64,000 nucleotides of DNA from Lobosporangium transversale. Its lineage: Eukaryota. The position numbers were made by a program, and so were the translations under genes. The stretch is taken from contig NW_019028996.1 in assembly GCF_002105155.1 (NCBI RefSeq), forward strand, positions 558,001 through 622,000. Reading direction: 5' to 3'. The notes under the pieces were generated by a model. It saw nothing but the letters and a program-made list of their open reading frames with translations. It had not been told where the DNA came from and searched no databases. Position 1 is the first letter of the stretch; every line of letters begins with the position of its first letter. This document shows, one piece after another, positions 33,301-48,011 of this stretch.

Positions 33301-36300
33301 ATGCGACCTAGACAGGCTGACAACGAGAACAACGAAGATGCAAAAAGTACCAACAGCACCCTGGTTAATGCTGGCATGAATTCTGCAAACGAACAGGATG
33401 ATGATGCGGAGCCCACGCAGGACTCGCACACCAATGGCTTTAGACATCAAGGCGGGCCCGCAGATGCGGACAGTGAAGAGGATGAATGGCACACGTACCG
33501 ACATGGCTTTGATCTTGACTTTGACGAGCACGGTCTCCCACCGGAGCACGTCTACTACATGTTTTACACTGATAAGCGTCATGAGGTCACTACTGGACAC
33601 AATGCAGAGATCACGCTTCGTGAGTGGGAGCCCCTGCAGGATTGGCGCATGCGGGAAAAGCTAAAGACTATCTCTGTCGCTCTAGTCCTTTGTCTCAACA
33701 TCGGCATCGACCCTCCAGATGTTGTTAAAACAAACCCATGTGCCAAACTGGAGGCTTGGATCGATCCTTTTGTACTTCCTGTACCGAAATCATTAGAAAA
33801 TATCGGCAAAGCATTACAGGCACAGTATGAAGTCTGGCAGCCTCGTGCTCGATACAAAGCGGCATTAGATCCATCGATGGAAGACACCAAAAAGCTTTGT
33901 TGCGTGCTGCGACGCAATGCAAAGGAAGAACGCATTCTGTTTCATTATAATGGGCATGGAGTACCCAAACCCACGTCCAGCGGCGAGATTTGGGTCTTCA
34001 ATAAGAATTATACCCAATATATACCCGTCTCTCTGATGGATCTTCAGAGTTGGCTCGGATCACCTTGTATCTACGTGTACGATTGCTCTGCTGCTGGAAA
34101 CATCCTCCTGTCCTTCAACCGTTTCGCAGAAAAACGCGATCTCGAAGCTGCTAAGCAGGCAGCCTCACAACCTCCAGGAACCATTCCTTCACCGCCTCTC
34201 AGGGACTGCATTCAACTGGCTGCCTGCGGACCTGATGACACGTTGCCCATGAACCCTGATCTACCTGCAGATATCTTTACAGCATGTTTAACAACGCCTA
34301 TTGAAATTGCATTGCGTTGGTTTGTGTTGCAACATCCTCTCTTGCACAATGTGACCGTCGAAATGGTCACGCGGATCCCTGGAAAACTCAATGATCGCCG
34401 TACACCATTGGGCGAGCTCAATTGGATTTTCACATCCATCACGGACACCATTGCCTGGAATGTCCTCTCCCGAGACTTGTTCAAGACTTTGTTCAGACAG
34501 GATCTCATGGTTGCAGCACTGTTCCGAAACTTCTTGCTGGCTGATCGTATTATGCGATCACAAAAGTGCACGCCCATGTCTTCACCAGCACTTCCACCCA
34601 CTCATCAACACCCTATGTGGGATTCATGGGACCTAGCTTTGGATATGTGTCTCGCACAGTTGCCAGGATTGCTTCAAGGAGAAGGAGCTGGATCACCCTT
34701 GGATTATCAGCCCAGTATGTTCTTCACTGAGCAATTGATGGCATTTGAAGTCTGGCTGAGCCATGGTAGCCCATCCCATGAAGCGCCCGAGCAATTGGCG
34801 ATTGTCCTCCAAGTATTGCTCAGTCAAGTTCACCGTCTCCGCGCACTTCTCTTGTTGAGTCAGTTCTTAGATCTTGGACCATGGGCTGTGAACCATGCTT
34901 TGGCCGTGGGCATTTCACCCTATGTGCTCAAACTTCTTCAAAGTCCTGCAGCAGATCTAAAACCAGTGTTGGTCTTTATCTGGGCGAGATTGTTGGCAGT
35001 GGACCGGTCTTTCCAGAATGATCTGCTCAAGGACAATGGCTTTGTATATTTTGTCGGTATTTTGGGCGTCAATGCAGGCATGCCGCCGCTTCGAAACGTA
35101 TCTGAACACCGAGCCATGTGTGCCTTCATTTTAGCAACTTTCTGCAGAGACTTCTCTCAAGGACAACAAGCATGTTTGAAGCAGCAAGTGATCCAATACT
35201 GCCTCACGCATGTTGCCGATAGCGACCATCTTCTGCGTCAATGGGCGTGTCTTTGCATCGGTCAGCTTTGGAAAAACTACAATGAAGCAAAGTCGGTTGG
35301 TTTACAATTGGGCGCGCACGATCGATTGACACAAATCTTGACCGATCCGGTACCAGAAGTTCGAGCAGCTGCGATGTGGTCATTGGGCACATTCATTAGT
35401 AATTTAGATCAGAACGAGCAAGTGATTCAGCTTCAAAATAACCTTGCCATGCGCTCTCTCGTAGCTACTACGGACGCTTCCCCAATTGTTCGCAAAGAGT
35501 TAGTCATCTTTCTATCCTCTCTAGTCCTAGACCATTCAGACAGCTTTGTTCAGGTGGCATCGGAACTTTTGGCTGCAGAGCAGCAGCAGGTTCCTACAGG
35601 TAAACTTGACTCAAAATCCAAGTTTGCGGAGGAACGCGCGGACAAGATGGGTCCTCAGGCTGTTTATTCTGTGATTTGGAAAGCGTTGCTCTGTCTCTCA
35701 GTTGATTCTAATCGAGGAGTAGCCGTGGCAGCATGCAAACTCGTGGACTATATTAACTATCAACTACTCTCCGGACCTGTTGCACAGACATTGACACCCA
35801 TGCTACAGCAGCACGCACTTCGCAGCCAAGCACTATCATCATCTTCTACAAACCCGCTTCAATCATCATCGCCCCAGGCAACCCCTGACCGTACCAGTTC
35901 CAGCGCTACTCTCAGTCATCGAACAGCTGCCAAGATGGCTAATACACTGAAGCGATCAGCCTCATTGGCAGTGACGCTGAAAAACTACATCCCAGGCTAT
36001 TCTAGTCAATCTAGTGCAGTAGAAGCACCCAGGGTAGGATTAGGTGGCTTGTCGGGTACCAGTGGGTCCAAATCATCACAAGATGGGGCTCATTTGTCTT
36101 CTGCAGACTCGAGACAAACAAATGGTGGCGCTAATGGGACGAATCGGTCGACTCGGAGCACCGCATCGCGTCCTCGATCTGTGCATGGTGACGTGGGATA
36201 TGTGCAGGCACAAGCGTCACCATCCTATACTCCGGTCAACCAAGGGACTGGCGCTGCAGTCGCTAATGGAGCACTGGATCCAGATCATCCAGAGGCAAAA

Positions 36301-38209
36301 CCACAATTGGAGTCTGTGTTCTACGACTGGTGTTGCGAATACTTTTTGGAGCCTCAGATGAAGGTAAATATTTCCAATACGTGATCTATCCTTTTTTTTT
36401 TATTATACAGCTTACTCAATTTTTTTTTTTTCTGTAAAAAACGACGGCTTTGACTGTAGGGAGTTGAGGGCGATGAACCCGGAAGTATTAATTACAACGA
36501 GCGACTCTGGCGTCGTGTAAGAAATGAGAAGATTATATATGAGTGCCACCCACTACGTGAGCAAGCAGGTAAAGAAATTATATATGTTTCAATTAGTCTG
36601 ATAAAAAAAAAAAAAAAAAAAAAAAAAATGATGGACTCTGTGAAAGCCAGGAATTAAGAACTGATAAGTATGGTTAAAATCTATACAATAGGTTTGAGTA
36701 AATGGGACACTAACATCCAGTCTATGAACAATGAGTCGGCAGCAATGCATCTAGTCATGCACTCTTATGAGCCGCATGTAGTGATTGCAGACGATAAGAG
36801 GAATATCAGGTAATGAGTTAGCTTTAATAGAGCAATAAGGAGAACGTTGTACAATGACGTGTCTGATTCACTCCTTATTCCTCTTTACTTCTTACCTTTA
36901 TTGCCTTATTTATAGCGTGTGGAATTGGAGAGAAGGCCAGCTACTAAATCGATTCTCCAATTCGAACCCGAGAGGTACATCCATTACAAGTGTCAAATAT
37001 ATTAATGAGGACGACATTGCCATGCTTTTGGTCGCATCAGGTAATTTTTTTTCTTCTTCCTGATAACGTCCATCTGTATATCTGGAGAGTACCGTTCATC
37101 CTTGTAGCTTTTTGGATAATTAAAGCAATACAACAACTTTTGATAAAAATTTCTTTCCTTGTGATCTTACTTCGTATAGGCGAAGGTGTTGTCAGGCTGT
37201 ACCGCAAGTATGACGAACCAAATCAGACTGATATTGTGACATCATGGCGTGTCCTCACCGATATGCTGCCAAGTAGCAAGAGTACTGGGACAATCACGGA
37301 TTGGCAGCAAGGGCGCGGCGCATTACTGGTTGGAGGAGATGCAAGAGTAATCCGAGTGTGGGATGCTGCTCGAGAGCTGTGTATTAGTGTAGGTTTGAAT
37401 GACAGAGAAGCTTTCTTCCTTTTTTTGTTTTTTTTTTGTTTTTTTTTCTTTTGAAGAGTATTTCAGTCTATTTTATTTTATTAACCGAATGAGCGTTACT
37501 GGGACCAATCAATCACTACTATAGGATATCCCCACAAGATCTGGAGCTCCGGTGACAAGCATTACAAGTGACCAGGTATCGGGAAATATCTTTGTAGTCG
37601 GTTTTGGAGATGGTGCAGTAAGAGTGTATGATCGGCGACAGCCTCAACATGAAGCATTGGTGATGACGTGGAAGAAGCATAAATCATGGATCCAGAATGT
37701 GCGTATGCAGCGCGGCGGTTTTCGGGAGCTGGTCTCTGGCAGTGTCGATGGAACAGTCAAGGTTTGGGATGTCCGTCATCAAGAGTCTTTACAAACCATT
37801 GTGGCGCGAGACCCTATTTCTGCGCTCGATCTTCACCACCATGCTCCTGTCCTAGCCTGGTAAAGCTCCTCTTTTTTTTTGTTTACTTTTACATGATTAT
37901 TCTCTCTTACTGAAGCCTCCTTTCATCCTTTTTTTTTTTTGTTTTTTTCCTTACAGTGGATCGCCGACACAATACATCAAAGTGTGGAATGTCAATGGCG
38001 AGGGACTTTCGACAGTTCGGTCTTATTCAGGTCTATTTGGTCAGAGGCAAGCCAAAGTGACCAGCCTAGGGTTCCATCCTCACGAATATTTGTTCGGTGT
38101 GGGTGGAGACGATGGCTGGATCTCAATCTTAGGTTGGTCAGGTAGTCATGGGACGATACAACATTCAGCATCGTTACAACAACAGGCACCACAGCTGGTC
38201 GCGCATTAG
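33301..38209 (+). CDS. KOG1: TORC1 subunit Raptor/Kog1
   Basis: Exons 33301-36363, 36460-36568, 36692-36809, 36916-37040, 37180-37388, 37525-37859, 37957-38209. RNC domain ('WRMREKLKT..VALVLCLNIGIDPPDV', 'LFHYNGHGVP', 'LFRQDLMVAALFRNF'), HEAT repeats and C-terminal WD40. A 5'-UTR intron at about 33016-33293 is possible. Confidence 0.97.
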
Positions 38210-38601
38210 CATTGTCATGTCAATATGATATAATAAACTGTGTTTGATAGTGTAAAATACGCGTCCAAAGAATGGCGCATTTTGATTCGCAGACACAGAA
38301 ATTTACGTGGGCCGTTTTTTTTGGGAGGAAAAAAAGAGAAGAGGATGTAACATGGACATGCATCCATCTCTCTCTTCTTCTTTCCTCTGTAACTGTTTGC
38401 TTTGCTTGATTGGTCTCTTATCAGCATCAGTGTCCTTACGACGTTCACCTGTGAGTTGAAAAGAGGAACGAAAAGAAAACGCGTTCTAGGGTACCATCAT
38501 ATCCTCTAAAAAAAGACCATTTCTTCCTCATCTAACGAACATCGTTGATGACCTCAATTTATTTAGAGACTTGTAACAAGGAGATAAAGATCAATCACAT
38601 C

Positions 38602-39388
38602 ATGTCAGCAGAGACTACCAGCACGATAGCAAAGGTGCTCAAACCTACCATTCTGATTCTAATAGCCATTGTCGCCATTTCTAGTCGACTCTTCTCCATC
38701 ATCCGATTCGAATCTGTTATTCATGAGTTTGATCCTTGGTTCAACTACCGCACTACCCAACGTAAAGCTACTAAACATAGCAGATTATCGCACACTACGC
38801 CAATAGGTTGATTGACAAGGATACTGACTCGAAAATGTGGTGATATTCTGATAACTTTTTCATAATAGATCTCGTCAAAAATGGCTTTTACGAATTCTGG
38901 AATTGGTTTGATGAAAAGTCATGGTACCCTCTTGGACGCGTTGTCGGAGGAACTGTCTACCCGGGTATCATGGTCACCAGTGCTCTGATCCACAATATCC
39001 TCCACTTCTTCAATTTCCCGGTCGACATCCGTAATATCTGTGTCTTCTTGGCCCCCATGTTCTCGGGTCTGACCGCGTTCTCGGCCTACTTGTTGACAAA
39101 GGAATTAAAAGATTCTTCCGCAGGTCTTCTCGCAGCCGCCTTTTTAGGCGTTGCCCCTGGATACATCTCTCGTTCTGTTGCTGGGTCATACGATAACGAG
39201 GGTATTGCTATCTTCTTGCTCGTCTTCACATTCTATCTCTGGATCAAGGCTGTCAAGACCGGTAGCGCTTTCTTTGGCCTTTTGACCGCTCTCTTTTACT
39301 TTTACATGGTCTCCGCTTGGGGTAAGTCCGTTCTTTTTTGATATTCCTTGTTTCTGCAAATGACATCAAATATTGGGTCAACTTGACT

Positions 39389-39424
<36 letters not shown>

Positions 39425-41111
39425 CCTCTCTCTTGCAGGTGGATACGTATTCATCACCAACCTAGTACCTCTCCATGCATTCACTCTTGTCTTGATGGGT
39501 CGCTTCTCCAACCGCCTCTATGTTTCTTATTCAACATTTTACGCTGTTGGCACACTTTTGTCGATGCAAATTCCTTTTGTTGGATTCCAGCCCACACGCA
39601 CCAGTGAACACATGGCAGCCTTGGGTGTCTTTGGATTGTTACAACTCCGCGGCTTTGCAGAGCTTATCCGTGGTTTGGTCACCCCTAAACAATTCAGGAC
39701 CCTCTTAAAGACTGGAATCGCCATTGTTACAGTCGTTTCTTTGACTATCTTGACGTTGCTTAGCATGAGTGGCGTTGTGGCCCCCTTCACAGGTCGTTTC
39801 TATTCACTTTGGGATACCGGCTACGCAAAAGTTCACATCCCCATCATTGCTTCCGTCTCTGAACATCAACCCACTGCATGGACTTCGTTTTTCTTTGATC
39901 TTCAAATGCTCATCTTCTTGTTCCCGGCTGGTGTCTATCTTTGCTTTAAGGAACTCAAGGACGAACATGTTTTTATCATTCTTTACTCTGTTTTTGCATC
40001 TTACTTTGCAGGAGTCATGGTCCGTCTGATGTTGACACTCACTCCTGTGGTCTGTGTCTCAGCCGCCATTGCCTATTCAACCTTGTTGGATACCTATCTT
40101 GAAAAATCGGAGCATGTGTTAGCAACCACACTTCAGGGCGGTGCTTCCACTTCGGCTGCTTCCGCTAGTGCTATCGAGAGCACCTCTGCTTCCAAAAAGC
40201 ACGGCACAAAGTCAACAAACAAGGATACATCTGAGACTAAACCCCATTCCGCCGCTGCCTCTTCTCGTAATAACAACGCCAGTGAAAAGCCGAAGCGATT
40301 CCCAATCTTCAGTTGGGATTCAAGGATGATGGTTATTTTGCAGCTCACCTGGTTCCTGTTCATGTTTGCATGGCACTGCACCTATGTTACCTCTGGATCC
40401 TACTCTTCACCCTCGATTGTCCTGGCGACTCGTGGCCACGATGGTTCACAAGTTATTATTGATGACTTCCGTGAGGCTTACTATTGGCTTCGGAAGAACA
40501 CAGGTGAAAATACAAAGGTGATGTCATGGTGGGATTACGGCTACCAGATGGCGGGTATGGCCAACATCACCACGTTAGTCGACAACAATACATGGAATAA
40601 CACCCATATTGCTACGGTCGGCAAAGCGATGGCTACCTCTGAAGACGTCGCCTATAAGGTCCTTCGCCAACACGACGTTGACTATGTGTTGGTGATATTT
40701 GGAGGCGTCCTTGGATACTCTGGAGACGATATCAATAAGTTTTTGTGGATGATTCGTATTGGAGAGGGAGTGTACCCAAACGAGGTCAAGGAGCAGAGTT
40801 TCTTCACGCCAAGGGGTGAATACAAGGTTGATCATGAAGCCACCCCGGCGATGAAGAATTCATTGATGTATAAAATGTCCTACTATCGCTTCTCGGAACT
40901 TCACGGAGGAAATGCTGTCGACCATGTCCGTAGCGCACGTATGCCTGCCGAGGGTCCTACACTCAGTGTATTGGAAGAGGCCTACACAACCGAGCACTGG
41001 CTCGTCCGAATCTACAAAGTCAAGGACCTTGACAACATTGGTCGTGATTTGAAAGATGCAACTGCATTCGATAATGGCAAAGCCCGAAAGTCGTCTTTGA
41101 AGAGAAAGTAA
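38602..41111 (+). CDS. STT3: Oligosaccharyltransferase catalytic subunit STT3
   Basis: Exons 38602-38761, 38869-39321, 39439-41111. Motifs [44 protein letters not shown] and [11 protein letters not shown]. Confidence 0.98.
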
Positions 41112-43121
41112 AAAAAATGAACAAAGACATGGTACAATTATAAAATAAATGAAAAAATAAATAAATAAAAAAGCTTACACCGCGGTATGTAAAAATGTAA
41201 GGATAGTAAAGGAGAGAACTTTAATAGACACAGGCATGTAAATTATCGATGGAGATGAATGATGATAACTGTACAAGTGACAAGTGATAGGCTCGCTTGC
41301 AACTAACGATGCCATCTTAACAATGCTTGGACTAGAAGCGGTCTGAGTTTTTCTCAGAATCATCAAGGCTGCATTGCACTGGAATTGGGATTCGAATCTC
41401 CTGCAGATAATAGGATGGACGTCGCCATTTCTTTGTTATGTGGCGTGCATTGTGTCGATTGCTAATGCCTGCAAGGGTCTTTGTTCTTATATCCTTTGTT
41501 ACATGATAATATATACAATCATTGATAATGAAAAGTGGTTGAAATTAAAGCAGTATTAAATGAGATGACTTACTTGTGTAATGGTCAAAGGGCCAAGTGT
41601 TTGCAATAGCCGTTCCAATTGGAGGTTGTCTCTTGGTAACCTAAACACTCCAACACTTTTATAAATTGTAGACTGCATCTATTACAGCATTTAAAAAAAT
41701 GAGCCTTAAAAGCACAACATGTCGAGTGGACTAATTTCAATTGGCTCTTACTAAACCTTAATCCAAGTAAGCATTTCTGTCACCTGCTTTCACAGGCGTC
41801 GACTCTTGAATAAATGTCTGCATGTGGGTACATCCACACTGCCATTCTCACACAGCCCCTCCATTTCTTCACCCCTTACTCTCCCTTGGAATCCAAATCT
41901 CAAAAAAAAAAAAAAAAAAAAGAAGCTGTTACCACTCTGATGGTGCTCAATTGACCGAATCTGCCCTGATTTTTTTTTTTTTTTTTTTTTTTTTAGTATA
42001 TATCTATAGACGGAAATGATCAAAGCAAATTAAAAATGGGCTTTTGTACTTTCTTTCGTTTTGAAACACACTTCAATTTAATGTATACGCCCTCTGCTCT
42101 TCTTCCTCTTCTTCTTCCTCTTCCTCTTCCTATTTCTCTCTTTCTTCTCTCTTTTCCCTTTCTCTTGGCTACGCTTCTCCTTCCCTTTACCCTTGGACAA
42201 ATAACTAACGCTTTCCTGTTTTGCGCCCACCAAAGCCCTCTCTGCCTTTCCCGCGGATCGTTATACCCACAAAAAAAAAACACAGCCCACATTACGCTCT
42301 TAAACCTCGTTGGTGGTTAACATCATAGCACCACACATCGGATCACCACAAAAGGTAGTGCTTTTTGTTCTTTTTTGTATTTCAGCAATGCTTTCCTATG
42401 CCGGGCGCACTGTAAACTGATGTGCCATGGCATGCCGAGACCCTTTTCGAATGTTGCTCCTATATTCTGATTCATAAAAGCCAGCAACACTAAAACAGAG
42501 GGAGGATATGTAAAATAAATAAATAAACAAGATCTGAAAAGAGAAAGGATTGTTCTCGCTCCTTTTTTTTTTTTTTTTATTCAGCCTAAGTTTGCATTTC
42601 GACCTGGTTTTTGGTTCAACTCGACGTGACTTGAGCGAGTTCTAAGCAAAAAGTTCAACGAATAGGCATACCCAGCTTTATTATGTTATTCTGACCTTGC
42701 CACTTGTTTAATCTGAGCACACAATATGATCCAAATGGTCTAGATGGGTGGTGTCATTCGTCCCTTTCCTGTTAAAGATGACATCCTCCAATAAATGGAA
42801 ATCGGCAGTGCAGATGGACAGGGGTAATTAACGGACGTTTGGACGTCCAGACCTTTTTTTTTTTTTTTTTTTTTTTTTTTTCAATAAAAGAAAACCGCTG
42901 GCGCTTTGCATTGTGAAAAAAAAAAAAAAAAAACTTCTTCGCCTCTTGTCTCGTTCAGCTCCTTTCTTTTGTTCACTTACGTTTATCTATTCCACTTTCT
43001 TTAACATCCACTCTCCATTGCTCTTCTGTAAGTGTTCCAATCCTACTTCTGAACCACTTTTTTTTTTTAGACCTTCTGTGTATTTGTTTGGCGTCGGTGC
43101 TTTTGTCAATTGTGGTCAAGG

Positions 43122-43156
<35 letters not shown>

Positions 43157-43350
43157 TTTGTAGATAAGGCTGTGGAGCCTGAACGAATTCTGGCTAATCA
43201 ATCCGTGCTTTTCTTTTTTCTATTTTTTAATAGTTGATCAGTCGTTACTATAAAGACCCCCTTCACTTCTCTTGAATATTGACAGACAGACTGAGGAAAC
43301 ATTCGCACACTCTCTTGTTCACAGACCAACAAACCGTTCATTGCCACATA

Positions 43351-44650
43351 ATGGCATCGGATATGACATCTCCCCCCTCATCACAGTCGCAGCATCCGCA
43401 CCTTAATACTTCTACAATAGTTGAAATACCATCTTCAAGCCTCTCTCATGTTTCTCCTACACTTCTGTCCAATCTATCCAATCTATCCGACATTACTGCC
43501 AATATCAATACCAAGGTTACAACTATCAGTAGCATACAAAAATCAACGTCGCCCTCTTGTTCTTCTCCACGCATACGCTATTGCTGTTGCTTCCCTGTCT
43601 CCTCCGGTATTTGGGTCATTTCACTTCTACTCATTGTAAGTTATCCTTTAACCTATTCCGATCCTGTCGACCTAGCCGGATATGCCTTACATTCCCACTC
43701 TAATCAACAATAAAACCGCCCTTTTTTTTTTTTTTTTTTTTTCTCGTTCTTTCAAGATCCCGTCTGTAGCCTTGATTCTTTGCTTTAATGTGGTCAATGT
43801 ACGGAACCTTGTCCGATTCAATTCTCCAGCCCACGTCAAGAACTTTTACACGATCGTATATTCATTCTACACAGTGGTGGGTGTGGTCATAGCAATATGT
43901 CTACGTCGGATGAGGATCCAGAAACAACTCAAGGCCTTAATCATACTTTATTGGCTCCTCTTCTTGACCACGATCATCGAAGGCATTTACTTTGGTATCA
44001 TGATGTCAAAACAAAAGGCCAAACTTGTTAGCTATTGTGAAAATAGGTTCGATAATAGCAATAACAACAATAATAACAACGACAGCAACAGTATTTCTAA
44101 CCCTTCTGGAGGAGAAGCCAGCCTTGGTCCAAACCCAAAGCCCTCTTCTCCTTTGATCTGTCAAGGGGCAGGCACTATCATTAGTATCTTTTATATCCTT
44201 GGTCCAGGTGGATGGATCCTTCTCCATAGTGCCTGGATCTTAATCGTCGTGCTTTATTCTAAAGCTTTAAGGAGACAGCATCCCGTGGTGGATGAAGAAG
44301 AAGCTTCAACCTTTAGAATGCTGCCCAATCATCGGGAGAACGCTGCTACCGAGAAATATTATCAGTATTCATCTAAAAAGTCTGGTTCTTTTCCTTGGAG
44401 GCACCTCCGCCCGGACATCAACGAGAAATTGGCCACTCAACGACGTCAGGATAAAGAGGAGGAGAACTCGGACGATGATGAGGCAGAGGCCCAAGAAACA
44501 GCTGCTACTCGGTCGCGAGAACGAGGAAAAGAAAGAGCAGAAGAGGGCTTGGGTGATCAGGACCCTTCCTCGTTCTCCAGGCCTGCGATGCCTAGGCAAC
44601 AAAAGAGCTGGTGGATGGAGCAAATCGAAGCGAATCGCGCAAAACGCTAA
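43351..44650 (+). CDS. Uncharacterised four-TM membrane protein (tetraspanin-like topology)
   Basis: Exons 43351-43635 and 43757-44650 in frame. Cys cluster (CCCFP) before TM1, four hydrophobic segments, a Cys pair in the large TM3-TM4 loop, and a charged C-terminal tail. Confidence 0.75.
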
Positions 44651-44802
44651 GCTTTCAACTACTACTATTATAATGTACCATATGATATTGTATAATAACA
44701 AATTAATGGATAAGCAATTGTTATGATTTTATATTTTTTATTATTTATATGATCAAAAGAAATAAAATTGTCATTGTCATTATCTTATTTTTTTTTATGG
44801 CG

Positions 44803-47659
44803 TTATGATCGCTGTCCACGACCTAGATCTATTTCCCAAATGAGACGTTGGCTTTCGTATATAGAAACTGGTTCATCTGCAAGTCCCCAAACCCCCTTGG
44901 GACCAAAGACAATCCTTGACATGCTGGCTGCGCAAGGCGTCAAAAGGCTCTTAGATTGGTCTTCCTTTGCTTCTGCCATATTTGAAACGTTGCTAATGTC
45001 TTGTTCATTCATCTTGACCGACCCGCAGCAATGGCCTTGTCTACAGAATTCTGCAAAGCTAAACATAGGCCGAACAGTTTGATGTTGCAGAGACACAGGA
45101 GTTGCGCCAGATGGCGTTAAAATTATTTTAGGGCCAGCGGTCGAGGGTGCTGGCTGCTCTGGCTTCTCTTGCTGTTGGCTCCCTGCTGGTGATAATAGGT
45201 TCTCCTTATCATTTATTGATGTTTCTGAATTGCCATCGCTTGGTTCTTCCGGCTTCCGCTCATGTGGAATCGGATCATACGGGTGAACATTGATATCTTC
45301 CTCCCCACTTTCTTCCCCTCCCTCCCCCTCGTTTCCAGGAGATGATTCCTCGTCGCTTCCCTCCAGATCTTCCCCAGTCAGCCCCTTGGACCCATCAGTC
45401 GTTGTCATAGAATCGTCTTCTCCTATATCCTGGCCCTCACCTTCCTCATCTTCCCCCACATCCTCTTCTATATTGTGCTCGCTCACGCTCTGACGTTTCT
45501 TTAATCCCCTCTTCTCGTCATTGGCTCCTTCTTTCTCTGAAGGCGATACGAACGTAAAATCCTTGGCTAGTCCTTCGATCAGAGTCGCTAACTCTTCCAC
45601 ATCCAGCCTTCGGCTGACATCCCTAGTGTAGCAGTCAGCAATTGCTTTCCAGGACATAGAGCGTTTTCGAAAGTCCTCCTTCATACTAACGAAATCTTCA
45701 AACTCCTGCGGAGTAATCCCCAACTCCTGGTTATACAAATCTTGAACTGCCTCAATACACTCATGCGCCAGATCACGGTCAGGCTGGACACAACTTTCAT
45801 ATTGACAGTCCCAAGCGAAAAACCTTTTCCCAAAAGCCATCATCCGATCCGTATAAATCTTACTTGACCTAGTGAACCGTGGTAGAATTGAGATCACCAC
45901 AGTTCCTGGGGCCATCCAGCCCGCATAGCCAAGACCATCACCTTGAGGAGCCACGAGAATACTTTGGTTTCTGAACAGCTGTGCAGCCTGACCCAAACTG
46001 ATTTCTGAGGGTCGATCCAAGTGGATCGTCTTGGCATCAAAGCCCCTGGCCAGCAGAGACAGCTCAAGAAGATTAGCATTAGGGATACTAGTATTACCAT
46101 AACGACCGAGAAGTCCAACCTGAATTTTGGCTCGTGGCGCGGTCTCGCCAGCGATGAGAGTGAGATTGTCAGACGAAACGACTGCAATATTCTCTCCTGA
46201 GGGTGGATGGACAATGTCGGGATCAGGCTTTTGAAAACGAACCATGGAGGGTGACAAGGCATCCAGTGCCTTGGTTCTCAATGACTCTGTTAGATCACTT
46301 CCTCCGACTAGATTCTCACAGAACGGCCGTGTGCATCTGGACTGCAGTCCGATCACGGCATTGGTGAAGCACGTTGGAAAGGATTTTGAAGGTGAGCTAA
46401 TTTGATAGTGCGCAAGAGGTTTGCCCTTGGGTGGATCCAAGACAATTTCACGTCCCTGAGGTGCCAGTAAAAAAACGTCTGGATCCTGTTCAGAGTTGTA
46501 TAGCGTTCGATATTGCCTTTTCCGATCTTTGCCATTGTTCTCCTCTCCCGATACACGCATAAACCATGAAGACTGCGATCCACCATAATTACTCATCACA
46601 CTAATAAGGAGAAGATATAAATAATAACAACAGCAATAGCAATAACAACAACAACAATAATAGCAATAATAATAAAGATATTAATGGATTGGTACGAGTA
46701 GTATAAAAATTGATTTCTGCAGATCTTGATACTTTTTTCGTGATGCATTGATTAACACTAACGTTGCACAAAAAAAAACAGGACATGGACATGAAGTTGA
46801 CACAGCACAGACTTCATTTTCATGTTTGTTTCATTACCTGTGGAGAGGTAAGAGGTTATTCATGGTCCAGCTGAGGCCATTGGTTGGATCGCGCCCATAT
46901 AAAAAGATTGTCTCGTCCACTAGTCGGTAGGACGCAGCAGGGAAATGGTCCAGTACCATCGGACGATAATAAGCATCTGATCCCGGATCAGCAGCCACCA
47001 CATTAATCCTAGGAAAATCACCTGCATCTTTTGCGGGGTTGATCCATGCACCTAGAAAAAAGAGGTTGATTGATCAATATCATAATCACAAGGAATACAA
47101 GTATAAAAGTAAGTGAAATGCTTTTTTTTTTATTATTTTATTCTTTTATAATCGAATCGTTCTTTCGTCGCTTAAATAAAGGCAGATAAAAAAAGGCCAT
47201 AAAGGACAAACCTCGTTCTGAATCGACACACAAGTTCTGGACGGTGCAAATAGTTTCTCGGTTGTATCCTGATCCACGTACAGATGGAAGTATTGAGGCT
47301 GTAGACTGGCAGTTAAACCGAGAAGTCAATGTTGTGTTAGACCATCGTATGGCCGTTGTTGTTTTAATTTTAGTAGTAGAAGGATTCTTGTTTTTGTTGC
47401 CGAGGTCGTTGAAGAGTTGCTCCAATGCGACCCATTCTGCATTGTCTCGTGCAAAGGATGAAGCGAAGCCAAGAGAGAGATGCGAATATGAATAAAGCAT
47501 GAGCCAGGAGAGACAGAAGGTGAGGAGGATGCAGGAGAGGAAGATGCGTGGTGAAAGACATGATCTGGGGATAAACAGGGGTATCCTCAATACTGTTGTT
47601 GAAGAAGTAGGGGTTGAGTAGAAAGGTAGCGAACTTGCGCCACCATTCCGAGTCAGCAT
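44803..47659 (-). CDS. Type II membrane glycosyltransferase family 61 (DUF563)-like protein
   Basis: Exons 47659-47212, 47051-46838, 46600-44803 join in frame. N-terminal TM, 'CTVQNLC', 'CFTNAVIG', 'RYGNTSIPN' and 'QAAQLFRNQSILVAPQGDGLGYAGWMAPGTVVISI', which matches the GT61 core pattern. Confidence 0.75.
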
Positions 47660-48011
47660 TGCTTCGTAGTCAATTAATCGCCTCAAGACAAAGCAAAAAA
47701 AAAAAAAAAAAAAAAAATGAAGAGAAGAAAGGAAAGGGAAAAAAAAGACGTTGGACAGTAAGAATGAACTGAGAGTAAGTCAAGGTAATGAATGACAAAG
47801 CGAATGATAAAGAGGAGAGTATGGGAGAGAGAGAAGGAGAAGAGAATGAGTGAGTGGATGTGGATGCTATAAAAGTGATGATAAAGGATGCAAGAATGAA
47901 AAAAAAAAAAAAAAAAAAAAAAAAAAGAAAGAGAGAAGAGCGAATCATTAGACTCAACAGCAATTTAGTAATGTCAAAGGACATAAAGTCTATTCTCATT
48001 ATCATTATTAC

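Noticed and set aside
41386..41405. GGGATTCGAATCTCC tRNA-like motif
   Set aside because: No valid T-arm, acceptor stem or D-arm on either strand.
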